Below, piece by piece: positions 39,193 to 52,329 of a stretch of DNA of 64,000 bases. The notes beneath the pieces were generated by a model. It made no database searches. It saw only the letters and a program-made list of their open reading frames with translations, and was not told where the DNA came from. This DNA comes from Octopus bimaculoides. Lineage: Eukaryota. The first letter of the stretch is position 1, and each line of letters opens with the position of its first letter. The position numbers and the translations under genes were made by a program. The stretch is taken from positions 15,913,022-15,977,021 of the forward strand of contig NC_069003.1 in the NCBI RefSeq assembly GCF_001194135.2, read 5' to 3'.

Positions 39193-39640
39193 TATACTTA
39201 ATATATATGCTTTGTGCATATTCCGATGTCTGCGATAGCGTGGCGGGGTATATACGCCGCCAAAGCGCTGGGTGTTAAAACACCTCAGAATCCTGGACAG
39301 AGTCATTTATTACACTAGACTTGTTTTTATTTCATATGTAAATTTTCTCTTAGGTATGCTATATCAAGGCATACCAGCTCATGATTTTACAAGCCATGAG
39401 CAATTATATTGTTGACTGGGTAGGTGAATTGCCTTCAACCCTGGCGCGTACGTGATGTTGATAAGCAACAGAAAAGGCGAAGCGCCCGATGTTCATCACT
39501 CCCACATGGGATGGGGCGAGAGTTAGTTACCTTGCCTGTTCATGACTCTTAGGTGTTTTGACACCCACCGCTTTGAGAGAGTATATAATCCACCATGCTA
39601 TTGCAACCATCAGCAAATACACAAAGCATATATAAGTGTA
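39193..39640. mobile_element. MITE-like element with ~110-bp imperfect TIRs
   Basis: 39193-39300 pairs with 39536-39640 (e.g. CAAAGCGCTGGGTGTTAAAACACCT versus CAAAGCGGTGGGTGTCAAAACACCT rc). Confidence 0.7.
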
Positions 39641-39683
39641 CATAGGTAATAATATTCATTATACTAGAGCTGCTTTTGTTATA

Positions 39684-39735
<52 letters not shown>

Positions 39736-40858
39736 NNNNNNNNNNNNNNNNNNNNNNNNNNNNNNNNNNNNNNNNNNNNNNNNNNNNNNNNNNNNNNNNN
39801 NNNNNNNNNNNNNNNNNNNNNNNNNNNNNNNNNNNNNNNNNNNNNNNNNNNNNNNNNNNNNNNNNNNNNNNNNNNNNNNNNNNNNNNNNNNNNNNNNNNN
39901 NNNNNNNNNNNNNNNNNNNNNNNNNNNNNNNNNNNNNNNNNNNNNNNNNNNNNNNNNNNNNNNNNNNNNNNNNNNNNNNNNNNNNNNNNNNNNNNNNNNN
40001 NNNNNNNNNNNNNNNNNNNNNNNNNNNNNNNNNNNNNNNNNNNNNNNNNNNNNNNNNNNNNNNNNNNNNNNNNNNNNNNNNNNNNNNNNNNNNNNNNNNN
40101 NNNNNNNNNNNNNNNNNNNNNNNNNNNNNNNNNNNNNNNNNNNNNNNNNNNNNNNNNNNNNNNNNNNNNNNNNNNNNNNNNNNNNNNNNNNNNNNNNNNN
40201 NNNNNNNNNNNNNNNNNNNNNNNNNNNNNNNNNNNNNNNNNNNNNNNNNNNNNNNNNNNNNNNNNNNNNNNNNNNNNNNNNNNNNNNNNNNNNNNNNNNN
40301 NNNNNNNNNNNNNNNNNNNNNNNNNNNNNNNNNNNNNNNNNNNNNNNNNNNNNNNNNNNNNNNNNNNNNNNNNNNNNNNNNNNNNNNNNNNNNNNNNNNN
40401 NNNNNNNNNNNNNNNNNNNNNNNNNNNNACCCCCGCTTCTTTATCGCGCACAAAAATACACATTTACCACCATCAAGATCGCATATATTTCCTGCACGCT
40501 CTCACAAAAAATTGAACACATACTTAAACACACGCGCGCGCACACACACAACACACACATAGACATACACACGCGCGCACGCATGCACGCACGCACATAC
40601 ACACACACACACGCACACACAGCCCAAATACACCAGCAACAACAGTAACACTAAGCTGTAGGGATATGCTAGTCATGTGCAAATTCATAGAAGGAAATGA
40701 GAGAAAAAGATTTAATAGAAAATGGTGAAAAATTTCATTTAACGCAGTCACGTGTGACAGTTATGATTGGTTGAGGTAACTTACACTAACACGTCAAAAG
40801 TTCGTGATCGGCGAATACATAACTTTATCAAAATAACTATTTTTAGTATCTTTTTGTA

Positions 40859-40910
<52 letters not shown>

Positions 40911-41189
40911 CATATATATATATATATGACGTTGACCACTATATATATATATATANNNNNNNNNNNNNNNNNNNNNNNNNNNNNNNGTGTGTGTGTGTGT
41001 ACTAGCAGAGATACCCGGCATTGCTCGGGATTAAATTGGCACAGTTTGTATATGATATATTACAGTTATGTTGAAACATGTGATATGGGAAAATGCACCA
41101 TTGACAACAAAACATTTGTGAAGTAAATGATGGGCGAATTCGACTAAGCAACACACTATGCGTCCGTTTGGAGTATTTCAGGCCCTAAC

Positions 41190-41912
41190 CTGTGAGGGTT
41201 ATGTGAATTTGAACGCACTGAAAAGCTGTCCAGTTGGCGCTGTGTCTAACACGACCTATCATATGAAATGTTGACACATCCTTCGGGTTTGTTATCCCAC
41301 ATCACTCATAAAGTAAATTTGGAGGAACTGTGGTTGTTCATTTGTAGGTATGCCCTTGAACTTTGACGTCGGCGTAAATTCATGTTTATGTATCTTCTTA
41401 GATGCATCAAACGATGTCATTTGCAGAGTTGTATTGTCTGATATTGTTCAGAAAAACCTTTGTCTAGATAGAAATGCCTTCTAGAAGATCCATAAGAGGT
41501 TGAGAAGGAACTGGTAGTGCTGGCAATGTTACCTGACCGCCTGAGCAGCACATACCATTTGTTTCATTTGAAAATTTTAAAGCTCTACAGAAAAGATAAT
41601 TTGTTTAGCACACCAATTTGGACAGAGTTATTATTTTCATAAGAATGGGATGGATCATATCTGAAAACAGCTTCAGGAGTTGTGAAGAGCGAATTTGTAC
41701 GTAGTCTGTTTCTGAGAGCTATTCTATTGGACCTCTGTCTAATCATTAAAACATTGATTTAATGATCCAGCATTAAGTGCTGCAACATATATTTCCTAAT
41801 CTAGAGAAAATCTCATTTAGCTTCTGTCTTCAGACTCATGCCTTCGGTTTTCTACAGTCCTACTTGCTTTATACTTGTTTCTGGAGGCATTATGTCTTTT
41901 CTTTGGTGGCAT
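41190..41912 (-). mobile_element. Helitron RepHel N-terminal relic
   Basis: Starts MPPKKR, then ALKFSNETNGMCCSGGQVTLPAL...FLNNIRQYNSA-QMTSF...EQPQFLQIYFM, motifs typical of the region upstream of the Helitron Rep domain; stops and frameshifts. Confidence 0.8.
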
Positions 41913-42327
41913 ATTTTTTCCAATATTGTAAACAAAAAATTATGAACATAGAAAGAAATTATACATTAATCCCTATTTTTGTAAGTAGCTGTATCCATAA
42001 AAATTTAGTTGAAGAGAGAAGAAATTGAAAGAAGAGAAAGCAAAATGAACAAAGAAAGAAACTGAAATATGTATGTACGTCTATAAGAAATGGACGTGTG
42101 TGTGTGTGCGTGCGTGCGATTGTGCGTGTGTGTGTGTGCGCGTGTGTATGCATGTGTGTATGTGCGTGTGCGTGAGTTTCTGAGAGAGAAAGAGGGTGAG
42201 AAAGAGAGATAGACTGTGTGAAGGTGTATGTCGTGATGATTGATGTCTTTTAAGGTACACACACATAAAAAATGTGACATCATCGTATAAAATGTTTACG
42301 ATAGTTGATTTATGGAAAAGATTGTTA

Positions 42328-42482
42328 AATTTCAGTTTCCGTATACCAAATCCACTCACAAAGTTTCGGTCGGCCCGAGGCCATAGTAGAGGAGACTTGC
42401 CCAAGGTGCCACGCTGTGAGACTGAACCAGGAACCATGTGGTTGGGAAGAAAGCTTCTTACCACACAGCCACTCCTGCGCCT
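42328..42482 (-). mobile_element. SINE group A head
   Basis: High similarity to the 38635-38795 head. Confidence 0.85.
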
Positions 42483-42507
42483 ATGTGTATATATGTACGC
42501 GTTTGTG

Positions 42508-42557
<50 letters not shown>

Positions 42558-42589
42558 CTGCACGGAAGTACATATTTATTTAATTTATA

Positions 42590-42740
42590 GCGCTCTGGTC
42601 ACGCTGGAGCATCATCTTGATGGGCTTTAATCGAACAAATCGACTCCAGTACCTAGTTTTTAATTTTCGTTCTCCTTCGGTCTATTTTGCCGAAACGTTA
42701 CTATTACAACTCGCTGGTGTGAGGTTGGGGACGTAAATAA
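42590..42740 (-). mobile_element. SINE group A tail, diverged
   Basis: GGTCACGCTGGAGCA...TTTTGCCGAAAC blocks. Confidence 0.6.
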
Positions 42741-42949
42741 ACTAACGCTAATGGTTAGGGGACAGACGACACAAACAAAAATACACACACATGCACAAAT
42801 GCACATTGGCTAAGCGTTTCGCGCTTTGGTATTCATATTCTTTGATAAGTGGTAGTTCATGAAACTCTCACCCGTTTAGTCACTCTCTGACTTCTGCCGG
42901 TTATTAATTCTGTGTGTGAGGGGGTGCGTGTACGTGTGCGCGTATGAAA

Positions 42950-43205
42950 ACGCGTGGCCTAGCGGTTAGCCGTACTACTCTCCTAAACCGGCTGCGCGTT
43001 TTCTTGAGCAAAACACTTTACATGTTGCTCCCAGTCATCCATTTACACTTAGATGTAAATGGAAAACCCTGCGACAGACTGAGTTTCCAATTCGGGGAAA
43101 TGCTGGCTTGCTGGTCCCTGCTCACCTAGCCACCAGCATGGTGGCACCAATCGAACGCTAAAATGATGCAAAATGCATTGTGACCAGCGATGTATAATAT
43201 CCGAT
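42950..43205 (+). mobile_element. SINE group C
   Basis: GCGTGGCCTAGCGGTTAG...TTGAGCAAAACACTT...GTTGCTCCAGTC...TGTGACCAGCGATG. Confidence 0.7.
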
Positions 43206-43261
43206 ATAACTACATCACGAGGTATACGAGGTGCGTCCAAAAGAGTTCCGAAAGTATACGA

Positions 43262-43370
43262 AAGGCAAAGTCGACATCGGTAACATTTGACCTCAGGACG
43301 TAAGGACGGACGAAATGCCCTTACGAATTTTGTTCGGTGTGCTTAACGATTCTGCCAGCTGGCAACCTTA
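43262..43370 (-). mobile_element. SINE group B head
   Basis: AAAGGCAAAGTCGAC...GATTCTGCCAGCT. Confidence 0.65.
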
Positions 43371-43669
43371 TCACTAGCGGGACCCGTAAATATTTCACGG
43401 AATTAATGGTAAACCTATCAGGTTATTTCTTAAAACTTAATATAAAAAACCTGAAAGCGTAGACTGTGTTGTCTCTATCAAAAGATTGTCGTTCATCTGA
43501 TACTCATTGAAAAGTGAAGAAAATTGGCAAATCATGATTACTTAATGCACTTTATATATATACACTTTCTACACTTTATACACAATTTTATAGACTTAAA
43601 ACAGAACACTCATAAAATAAGTATTCACTCTTATTTTTCCATTTTCTCCATAAAAAAATCCCATACATA

Positions 43670-43830
43670 GGCGCAAGCGTGGCTGTGTGGTAAAAAGCTT
43701 TCTAACCACATGGTTCCGGGTTCAGTCCCACTTCGTGGCACCCTGGGAAAGTGTTTTCTACTATAGCTTCGGGCCTATCGAAGATTTGCGAGTGGGTATG
43801 GTGGACGGAAACTGAAAGAAGCCCGTCGTA
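43670..43830 (+). mobile_element. SINE group A head
   Basis: GGCGCAAGCGTGGCTGTGTGGTAA...GGAAACTGAAAGAAGCCCGTCG. Confidence 0.85.
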
Positions 43831-44244
43831 TATATGTCGATTCCAATATATTCAAACTAAGGGCATGATAGTTTGGTGGTATGGTATATTTTTCCCCCAG
43901 GGAAAAGTCGGTCCTTCATGAAGTCCACTTGCAAAAGTCTTTTATTAGAGACACAGCGGTATTTTATTTCCTCTTTCATTTCCACTCATATGCAAAAGTG
44001 CGACATGTAATGCGCATAAAATATCAATTAAGGTGAAATGCATTCCATAGTGTTTAAACAGCAAAAACAAGATTAAAAAAAGCATATATAGTTATATAGA
44101 TATATATATATGAATATATATGTAGGTATATATATGCATATATATACATGTATACGTACATATATATACTCTGGTTGAATCTTCTTTGCGTCAACATGTA
44201 CCTCCTTCCAACAATGTAGCCTGTAATCTAATCAAGATGCCCTT

Positions 44245-44327
44245 GGCCTGATGAGCTGCCAGCGGTATACACCTGACTTGGATTTTATCACTTCTGAGGC
44301 GCCACTCGCCATGAAACATATGTAGCC
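44245..44327 (+). ncRNA. Hammerhead-like motif with disrupted stem II
   Basis: GGC-CUGAUGA-[58 nt, poor pairing]-GAA-ACAUAUGU-A-GCC. Core, palindromic stem III and a 3-bp stem I are intact. Confidence 0.4.
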
Positions 44328-44384
44328 CGAATTTCTACAATTCCCGTATTTTTCCTACTTTTGTATTCTTTTTCGCACATTCTG

Positions 44385-44540
44385 CATCCCTGCTGCAGCT
44401 TTTCACATGAAATTTTAGGCCCTCCCAAATCGTCTTGGAAAATATGATATACAAAAGTTAAACCCTCTGACATGATATGCAGATTTTTCCGGCATACGAG
44501 TCGACGTCGTATTTACTAAAAACATGCGAACATTCAAACA
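44385..44540. repeat. Solo copy of the ~175-bp unit
   Basis: CCTCCCAAATCGTCTTGG...TTTTCCGGCATACGAGTCGA shared with 51060-51215. Confidence 0.85.
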
Positions 44541-45113
44541 TAGAACTTCTTTCCCCACATCGTTTTTCGATAAAGAATAATAATCCGCAAACTTCCGTTT
44601 CGATAAACCATTATTGTTCCTGAAAGATGTCTTTTTATATTTACTACGAATTGCTTGAAGCTAACTTTCTTCCTACATCTCGATCCCTGGATCTTACACA
44701 CACANNNNNNNNNNNNNNNNNNNNNNNNNNNNNNNNNNNNNNNNNNNNNNNNNNNNNNNNNNNNNNNNNNNNNNNNNNNNNNNNNNNNNNNNNNNNNNNN
44801 NNNNNNNNNNNNNNNNNNNNNNNNNNNNNNNNNNNNNNNNNNNNNNNNNNNNNNNNNNNNNNNNNNNNNNNNNNNNNNNNNNNNNNNNNNNNNNNNNNNN
44901 NNNNNNNNNNNNNNNNNNNNNNNNNNNNNNNNNNNNNNNNNNNNNNNNNNNNNNNNNNNNNNNNNNNNNNNNNNNNNNNNNNNNNNNNNNNNNNNNNNNN
45001 NNNNNNNNNNNNNNNNNNNNNNNNNNNNNNNNNNNNNNNNNNNNNNNNNNNNNNNNNNNNNNNNNATATACATACAACATTTCTTTCTTTCTATTTACAC
45101 ACACATGCACATG

Positions 45114-45187
<74 letters not shown>

Positions 45188-45595
45188 ATCGTCGTGAACA
45201 CGCAAAGTTTCGATCATGTGTTGGGTTCCATCGGCACCTGAGAACCATGTTCAAATGTCTACTGGTATAATGCTATGAACACTTTATTATTAAGAACTTT
45301 ATATACTGGGTCGACCCATTAGTTTATATTTGGGCACATAGTATACTTTGCATTTGACCATAAAATTCTTGTATATAAAAACACGGGTCTTATAATTGTC
45401 CATTAAAGCGTCAGCTTCAATCTGCAGATTGTATCTAATCAGCTACAATAATTGCATATATTGAAGCTGCAGATTCTCAACACACTAGTAATATATACAT
45501 GCATGTGTATACATATGCATGTACGTATGTATATACATACATATATATATTTAACAGTTTCAGTCATTGGACTGCGGCCATATTGGGTCACGACC

Positions 45596-45649
<54 letters not shown>

Positions 45650-46527
45650 GCACACACTCCTACATCCCCCACACACACACTCATTAACAGCGTATGTGTT
45701 TGTGTATGTGAGACAGAGAAAGAGATAGAAAGGGAAAAGATAAAGAAAGAAGAAAAGAGACGAAATATGTAGAAGAAAAGAAATTACTCGGAAGTGTCTT
45801 TGTTTCAATTTTCATTTTTCTTTTTTTTTTCCAAAACGTCTGAACTTTATATAAGATTCGTTATAGACACCGGAATCTATTTTGGTAAACACCATGGCAT
45901 CATTTTTTTACAAACACACACGCGCGCGCACGCACGTGCACACATACACACTTCTGTCTACAAACACAACCCCACTTTTTTTTATTATTCAGCTGATACC
46001 GTGATCAGTTCGATTTTGGTGAGTGGGAGTGCGGTGTGGAGTGGTGAGATTAAATATTGAAAATAACCATTGATCTGTCTGCTGTGTCCAAGAGATTTTG
46101 ATGTTTTTGTTTGTTTTTATTGTTATGATTATTTTGTGTTTTCTATTGTTGTCTTGTTTTTTCTTGTTGTCTTGTTTTTTCCCCCGTCCAAATCGATACG
46201 ACATCCGATTGACCGATACTTGTCGATTTTGGGGTGAAGTTAGGAGGGGGCTTGGACTTTTCTTTTCTTCCACCATATAAATCATTCCTTTGTAGGTATA
46301 TAGGGAGATGGGGGAAGGGAGGTTGGTAGACTCAAGTGACATCTTACTGCTGTTCCCTATGTAGGGAGAACAAAGAAGGAAGGAATATGCTCTCATCTCC
46401 GATTTATTTCTTCATTCACCACCACCATCACCACAGGGTCCAACTGTGTGTAGCCAATAAGAAAGAGGGAGGGGAAGAGAGTGAGAAAGACGGAAAGAGA
46501 GGGGGAGACTGATAGATAGAGTTTGCG

Positions 46528-46920
46528 CTGGCGTGGCTGTTTGGTTAAGAAGCTTGCTTCCGATCCATGTGGTATTGGGTTCAGTCCCACTGGACACCAT
46601 CCTGGGCAAGTATCTTCTATTATAGCCCCAGGCAAACCAAGCCTTGTGAATGGATTTTTTCGGTCGTACATAAGTGCGTGTGTGCCTCTGTCTGCGTGCC
46701 TCTTTGTTTATGCGTGTGAGTGTTTGCTTGTGCAAACACTCACTGCTTCACAACCGATATTGCTTAGTTTGCAATCCTGTAACTTTGAGGGTCATCAAAA
46801 CAGAGCGATAGCGTAAGTATCAGACTTGCAAATAAATCTTGGGGTCGATTTGTTCGACTAAACCATTCGACGCAGTACCCCAGGATCGCCGAAATCTGAT
46901 AACCGAAACAAGTAAAAGAT
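46528..46920 (+). mobile_element. SINE group A, full length
   Basis: Head, degenerate (TG)n, tail ending GAAACAAGTAAAAGA. Confidence 0.8.
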
Positions 46921-46921
46921 A

Positions 46922-47980
46922 TATTGTAGTCTGATCAATACATATCCGGTGAGCTGGCAGAAACGTTAGCACACCGGGCGAAATGCTGAGCGATATTTCG
47001 TCTGCCGTTACGTTCTGAGTTCAAATTCCACCGAGGTCGACTTTGCCTTTCATCCTTTCGGGGTGGATAAATTAACTACCAGTCCTTGTTTGTCCCCTCT
47101 ATGTTTAGCCCTTTGTGGGCAATAAAGAGAGACTGTTACCATAGTAAGGAAGCTAAAGCACGCAGAGTGAGGCCGCTTGGTAGATTAACCTTGAACTCTG
47201 CTATACATGCGCACTAAGTTTTAAGATTTTGGCTCACTTCCGCTGTTTACAGCAGTGCTTGGAAGGAACGTGTGTGGCGTATGATCGTCTCATTGACCAT
47301 GACAGAGAAAGTTGTCGTGATGATACCTGTTCAGAGGCAAAGTCGCAGAAAGTTTATGAGTCGCACACAAGTGACGTGTGGCTCAAGCGCTTCCAAGATG
47401 GCCGAAAAAATGTCAATAGTGACGAACGTTCTGGGAGACACGCAACCAGCAGAACTGAGAAAAACATCGCAGATGTGCGTGCAGCTGAGAGGTGAAATCG
47501 TCGAATGGACAATCAGTAAGTTATCAAAGGATGAGCAGATTAGTTACGGCTCAGTTCAGTTCATTATCACTGAAGATTTGCTTATGAGACGCGTGTCTGA
47601 CGAGTTTGTGTCAAAACTGCTTTCAGCTGATCCAAAAGACACTCGGGTTTCAGTTGCACAAGATCTCCTTGATTGTGTCGAGAACAATGAAAGCTTTTTG
47701 AAAACTTTGCATAGGCTTCTGAGTGGGTACCGCCAAGCTTTTGGAAAAAATTGATGCAGATTCTCTGCCCAGCTTTCTCTGTCATGGTCAATACGACGAT
47801 CACACGCTACACACGTCCATTCGAAGCACTACTGTAAACAATGGATGTAAGCTAGAACGTTAAAACTTAGTGCACATGCACAACAGAGTTCAAGGTCAAT
47901 CTGTGTCAAGCGGCTTCACTTTGCATGCTTTAATTTTGTTACTATGACAACAGTCGTGATAGTATTGATCAGACCACGTA
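46922..47980. mobile_element. Fold-back (head-to-head) mariner derivative with ~200-bp inverted arms
   Basis: Both arms contain the 5' end and the MTEK start. Plus strand: KRFQDGRKNVNSDERSGR...ISYGSVQFIITEDLLMRRVS...; minus strand: MTEKAGQRICINFFQKLG. TA at both ends; a SINE is inserted in the left TIR. Confidence 0.85.
46948..47130 (+). mobile_element. tRNA-derived SINE group B inserted in the mariner TIR
   Basis: GGTGAGCTGGCAGAAACGTTAGCAC...GAGTTCAAATTCC...GAGGTCGACTTTGCCTTTCATCC. Confidence 0.85.
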
Positions 47981-48044
47981 CGCCATTCTCTTAGAAATTA
48001 ACTCTATGATTGCATTGGTAAAGACATTTTTTATATTTTACCTC

Positions 48045-48346
<302 letters not shown>

Positions 48347-48857
48347 ACATATAATATGGGTGGCTAATTCGCAATTTTACAGCTTAAAGGCAAAGTCTGT
48401 ACGTCACTAAAGCGAACAAGGGCACCAGTGTTGCTAGAAATAAGAGTCAAAACAACTCAATAGCCAACAAAAGCATTATCTTAATGAGGTGACAAGGGAG
48501 ACAAGATCTCTATTGTCATAGATACAGCCATGTCATCGATGATTTCGCGTTCTGATGCTTTATGCATCTTAACGCTAATCAGTGACTCTCACCGCGCCTA
48601 GATTTAAACTAATCCCTCCTTGTCAGCTTACAAGATTCCCGTTGAGATCATACGTTGAGATCATACGCTGGTTTCAAAAACGGTAAAAGCGAAAATTATA
48701 AATAATATGAGTGACGAATTCGCAATTTTACAGCCTCGCAATACTGGTGCTGATTACCACACAGTCACACTTGTGTCTATGTTAAAACTGTGACCTTTGT
48801 GAGTCGTAAGGTCTTGGAACAAGTTGATGTAACCATGACGGCTAGAAAGAGAGGAAC

Positions 48858-48920
<63 letters not shown>

Positions 48921-48960
48921 GTAGGTAGGTAGGTAGGTAGGTAGGTAGGTAGGTAGGTAG
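48858..48960. repeat. Compound (GATA)n(GGTA)n microsatellite
   Basis: Direct reading. Confidence 0.95.
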
Positions 48961-49530
48961 AACTAGTTAACTAAATAGATAGAATGGAAAGAATATAAGA
49001 GCGACAAAAGGTGGAAGCAAAAAAGAACAATAATAATAAATTTTATCTTTTAGTTTTTATTTTGTTTTATTTTAATAAATTGACAGGAGATTTGAAGTTA
49101 ACATTTTCAGTATACGAGAACGAGGCATGATTATTCTTTTAAAGGCTACTTGAAGTGATTACGAGGCTTAGTATTCATTAGTGAACATTGTCTTAAACGT
49201 CGGCAGATATCTCCTTCAGTTTAATAGAAAGTGAATATAGATTGATATCGCATTTCAAAAGCTATTAGGATAGAAACACAAGAGGCTTGCCTCGATGTAA
49301 GCTGAAATGCCAAGCACCACCACCACCACCACCACCCCTAGCACCCCGCACACATACACATTCTTTTCACGTCACAACACCATCTCAAACTGTTACCAAC
49401 AACGGCAACATTAACAGGAAGAACGTTATTGCCATCGCCGCTGCCCACTCCACCGGCTCTTGTAATCACTACTCGCCACTGCACACGAAAACAAAAGGAT
49501 TCACTATGATTTTATATTAAGCCGCCCACC

Positions 49531-49575
<45 letters not shown>

Positions 49576-49627
49576 NNNNNNNNNNNNNNNNNNNNNNNNN
49601 NNNNNNNNNNNNNNNNNNNNNNNNNNN

Positions 49628-49684
<57 letters not shown>

Positions 49685-50286
49685 CGTACATACAGTACTA
49701 AGCACACTAATATATATGTATACACGCACATATTAATACGTATGTCTGTATATAATTCTGAATACACGTACACGTATATATATAATCACACACAAATGCA
49801 TAGTTATATCCTCAAGCAAACTGTCTGAGTTGTATACGCAGTCCATTGTACGCGCACTCAGAACCAATTTACACACCCAACACTTAACAACCACCTACTT
49901 TATATATATGTATATATATATGAATCATATATATATGCATACATACTTATATATGTGTGTGTGTATGTGTACATGTGTTGTAATTTATGTATATATATAT
50001 ATATATGCATTTAAAGATACATTTGAATATAATTCTACTTGCATACGTAGTCACGTATACAGGCATGTATGTTATTCAGACTTACACGATACTCATTACG
50101 TTCACACAAATGTTCATGACTGGAAACGCCACCCAGCGGCGTTTTATCGGCTTTAACACGATATGTCAACTTGTACAAAAGAGACCTACTTAACTTATAT
50201 ATAACCATTTATGTTAAAGTCATCTTTACTTAGTTTTTCTCTTCTCTTGTTCAATTTTTACTCGTCAATATTATATTTCGGTTTAA

Positions 50287-50478
50287 GGCGGTGAGGTGAA
50301 GAGTCGTCAACACGTCCGGCAAAATGCTTCGTGACATTTCGTCCAACTTAATGTTCCGAGTCCAAATGCCGCCGAGGTCGACTTAGCCTTTCATCTCTTC
50401 GAGGTTCAGTACTGGGGTCGATGTGATCGACTTAGCCCCTTCCCCGAAACTACTGGTGTTGTGCCATTATCTGAAACC
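50287..50478 (+). mobile_element. SINE group B
   Basis: Diverged consensus match. Confidence 0.7.
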
Positions 50479-50654
50479 AATATTATATTTCAGTGAACAG
50501 GGTGTTGAGGCACGTGATGACAAGAGAGATGGGTGGAAGCTGCAATAAATGAGTTGTAGTATTTAGTTTCAGGTGTCTAGACCTAGATTTCGATATCCAC
50601 CCAAGTCGTCTTTGACTTTCATTCTGCAGAGTGGTGCGGACAATACTTTATATT

Positions 50655-50850
50655 TTAGGCACAAGACCTGAAATTTCAGGTTCGAGGTTAGTCGATTACG
50701 CCGATCCCAGTCCCTTACTAGTACCTAATTTATCGACCCAGAAAGGATAAAAGTCTAAATCGACCATGGTGGTATTTGCACACTCAGAACGTAAAACCAG
50801 AAGAAGTGCCACTAAGCAATTTGTCCGGCATGCTAACGATTCTGCCGAGA
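50655..50850 (-). mobile_element. SINE group B, inverted relative to the previous copy
   Basis: Diverged consensus match. Confidence 0.7.
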
Positions 50851-50986
50851 GGGTAATAATATAAATACTTATCAAGAACTCTTATTCTGCTATACGTTTC
50901 AGTCAATGGACTGTGACCAAGCTGGGGCACTGCTATCGAATTTCATTCAGTCATGTTCATTCCTGTACTTATTTCAGGCTACCACA

Positions 50987-51275
50987 TTTTCCGGCATACA
51001 ATTCAACGTTGTATATAGAGCAAACATGTAAACATTCAATCATTGTCATTGTTACCAAATCCTGCTGCTTTTCACATGGAATTTTAGATCCTCCCAAATC
51101 GTCTTGGTAGACTGGAAAATATGATGTACACAAGTTAAACTCCCTGACATGATATACAGGGTTTTCCGGCATACGAGTCGATGTCGTATTTACTGAAAAC
51201 ATATAAACATTCAAATATCATCACTATCTTGCCAAATCCTCCAGTATTTCACATGGAATTTTTGGCCCTCCAAAT
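50987..51275. repeat. ~175-bp tandem repeat (about 1.6 units)
   Basis: TTTTCCGGCATAC recurs at 50987 and 51162; TTTCACATGGAATTTT recurs in register. Confidence 0.8.
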
Positions 51276-51543
51276 ACATACATACTCCAGTCATTGCTAT
51301 TCGGTTATTAGTGTGATCAAATAAAAAAAAAGTATTCCGTCTAGCGGGAGATAAATATCGTTTAATATATACATCATTTAAATGCGAGCTACTGTACATT
51401 TTATGCATTTTAAACATGAATGATTGTCCCATAATACACAGAGAGCAATACAAGCTCATTCACCTATTTCATTTTCAAAGGTATGAACCTAACAGCAACA
51501 CGCATTTATATCTTGTATATATTAAATAATATATAGAGATACA

Positions 51544-51835
51544 GTGCATCCGTGTGGCTTCGTGGTTAGGGTTTTCAGACAACGATCGTAAAGATGTGGG
51601 TTCGATTCCTAACGGTGCGTTTTGTCCTTCAGCAAGCAGACATTGGTCCAGTCCACTCAGCTATCAAATATGGTTTGTATCTGAAATCAAAGTGGCAGCC
51701 TTGTCACATTCTGTGCAACATTGATTCTCCCTCAGACCTACGTTAAGTCCACGCTGTCTGTGGAGTTCTCAGCCACCTGCACGTTAATTTGATCGGTTCT
51801 GCTGGGACACTTGTCGTCGTAATCAAGGGAGTGTC
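51544..51835 (+). mobile_element. SINE group C
   Basis: A and B boxes (GTGGTTAG, GGTTCGATTCC) and CCAGTCCACTCAGCT core. Confidence 0.7.
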
Positions 51836-52025
51836 GGTATCGTAAAGATACACATATAAGTTTGTATAGAAATATACATATGTTTGTTTATGCCTGAGGA
51901 ATGACAGAGATGTACTCAATAAATGTTATAGAGGACAAAATTCTTTTTATTTCTTCTTTGAAACTGAGAGGCCTTTCGATTTTCACACTTTCACATTTCT
52001 GCAATCTCTCAGTCTGTGTATTCCC

Positions 52026-52060
<35 letters not shown>

Positions 52061-52076
52061 CATATGTATGTATATT

Positions 52077-52171
<95 letters not shown>

Positions 52172-52329
52172 ATATGTATTTATGTATATATATGTATATA
52201 TATGTATGTATATGCATGTATATAGATGTATATGTATATATATGTATGTATGTATATGTATATATGTATATGCATGTATGTATATATATACATACATATA
52301 TATATATATATATATATCACTGTATCAAC

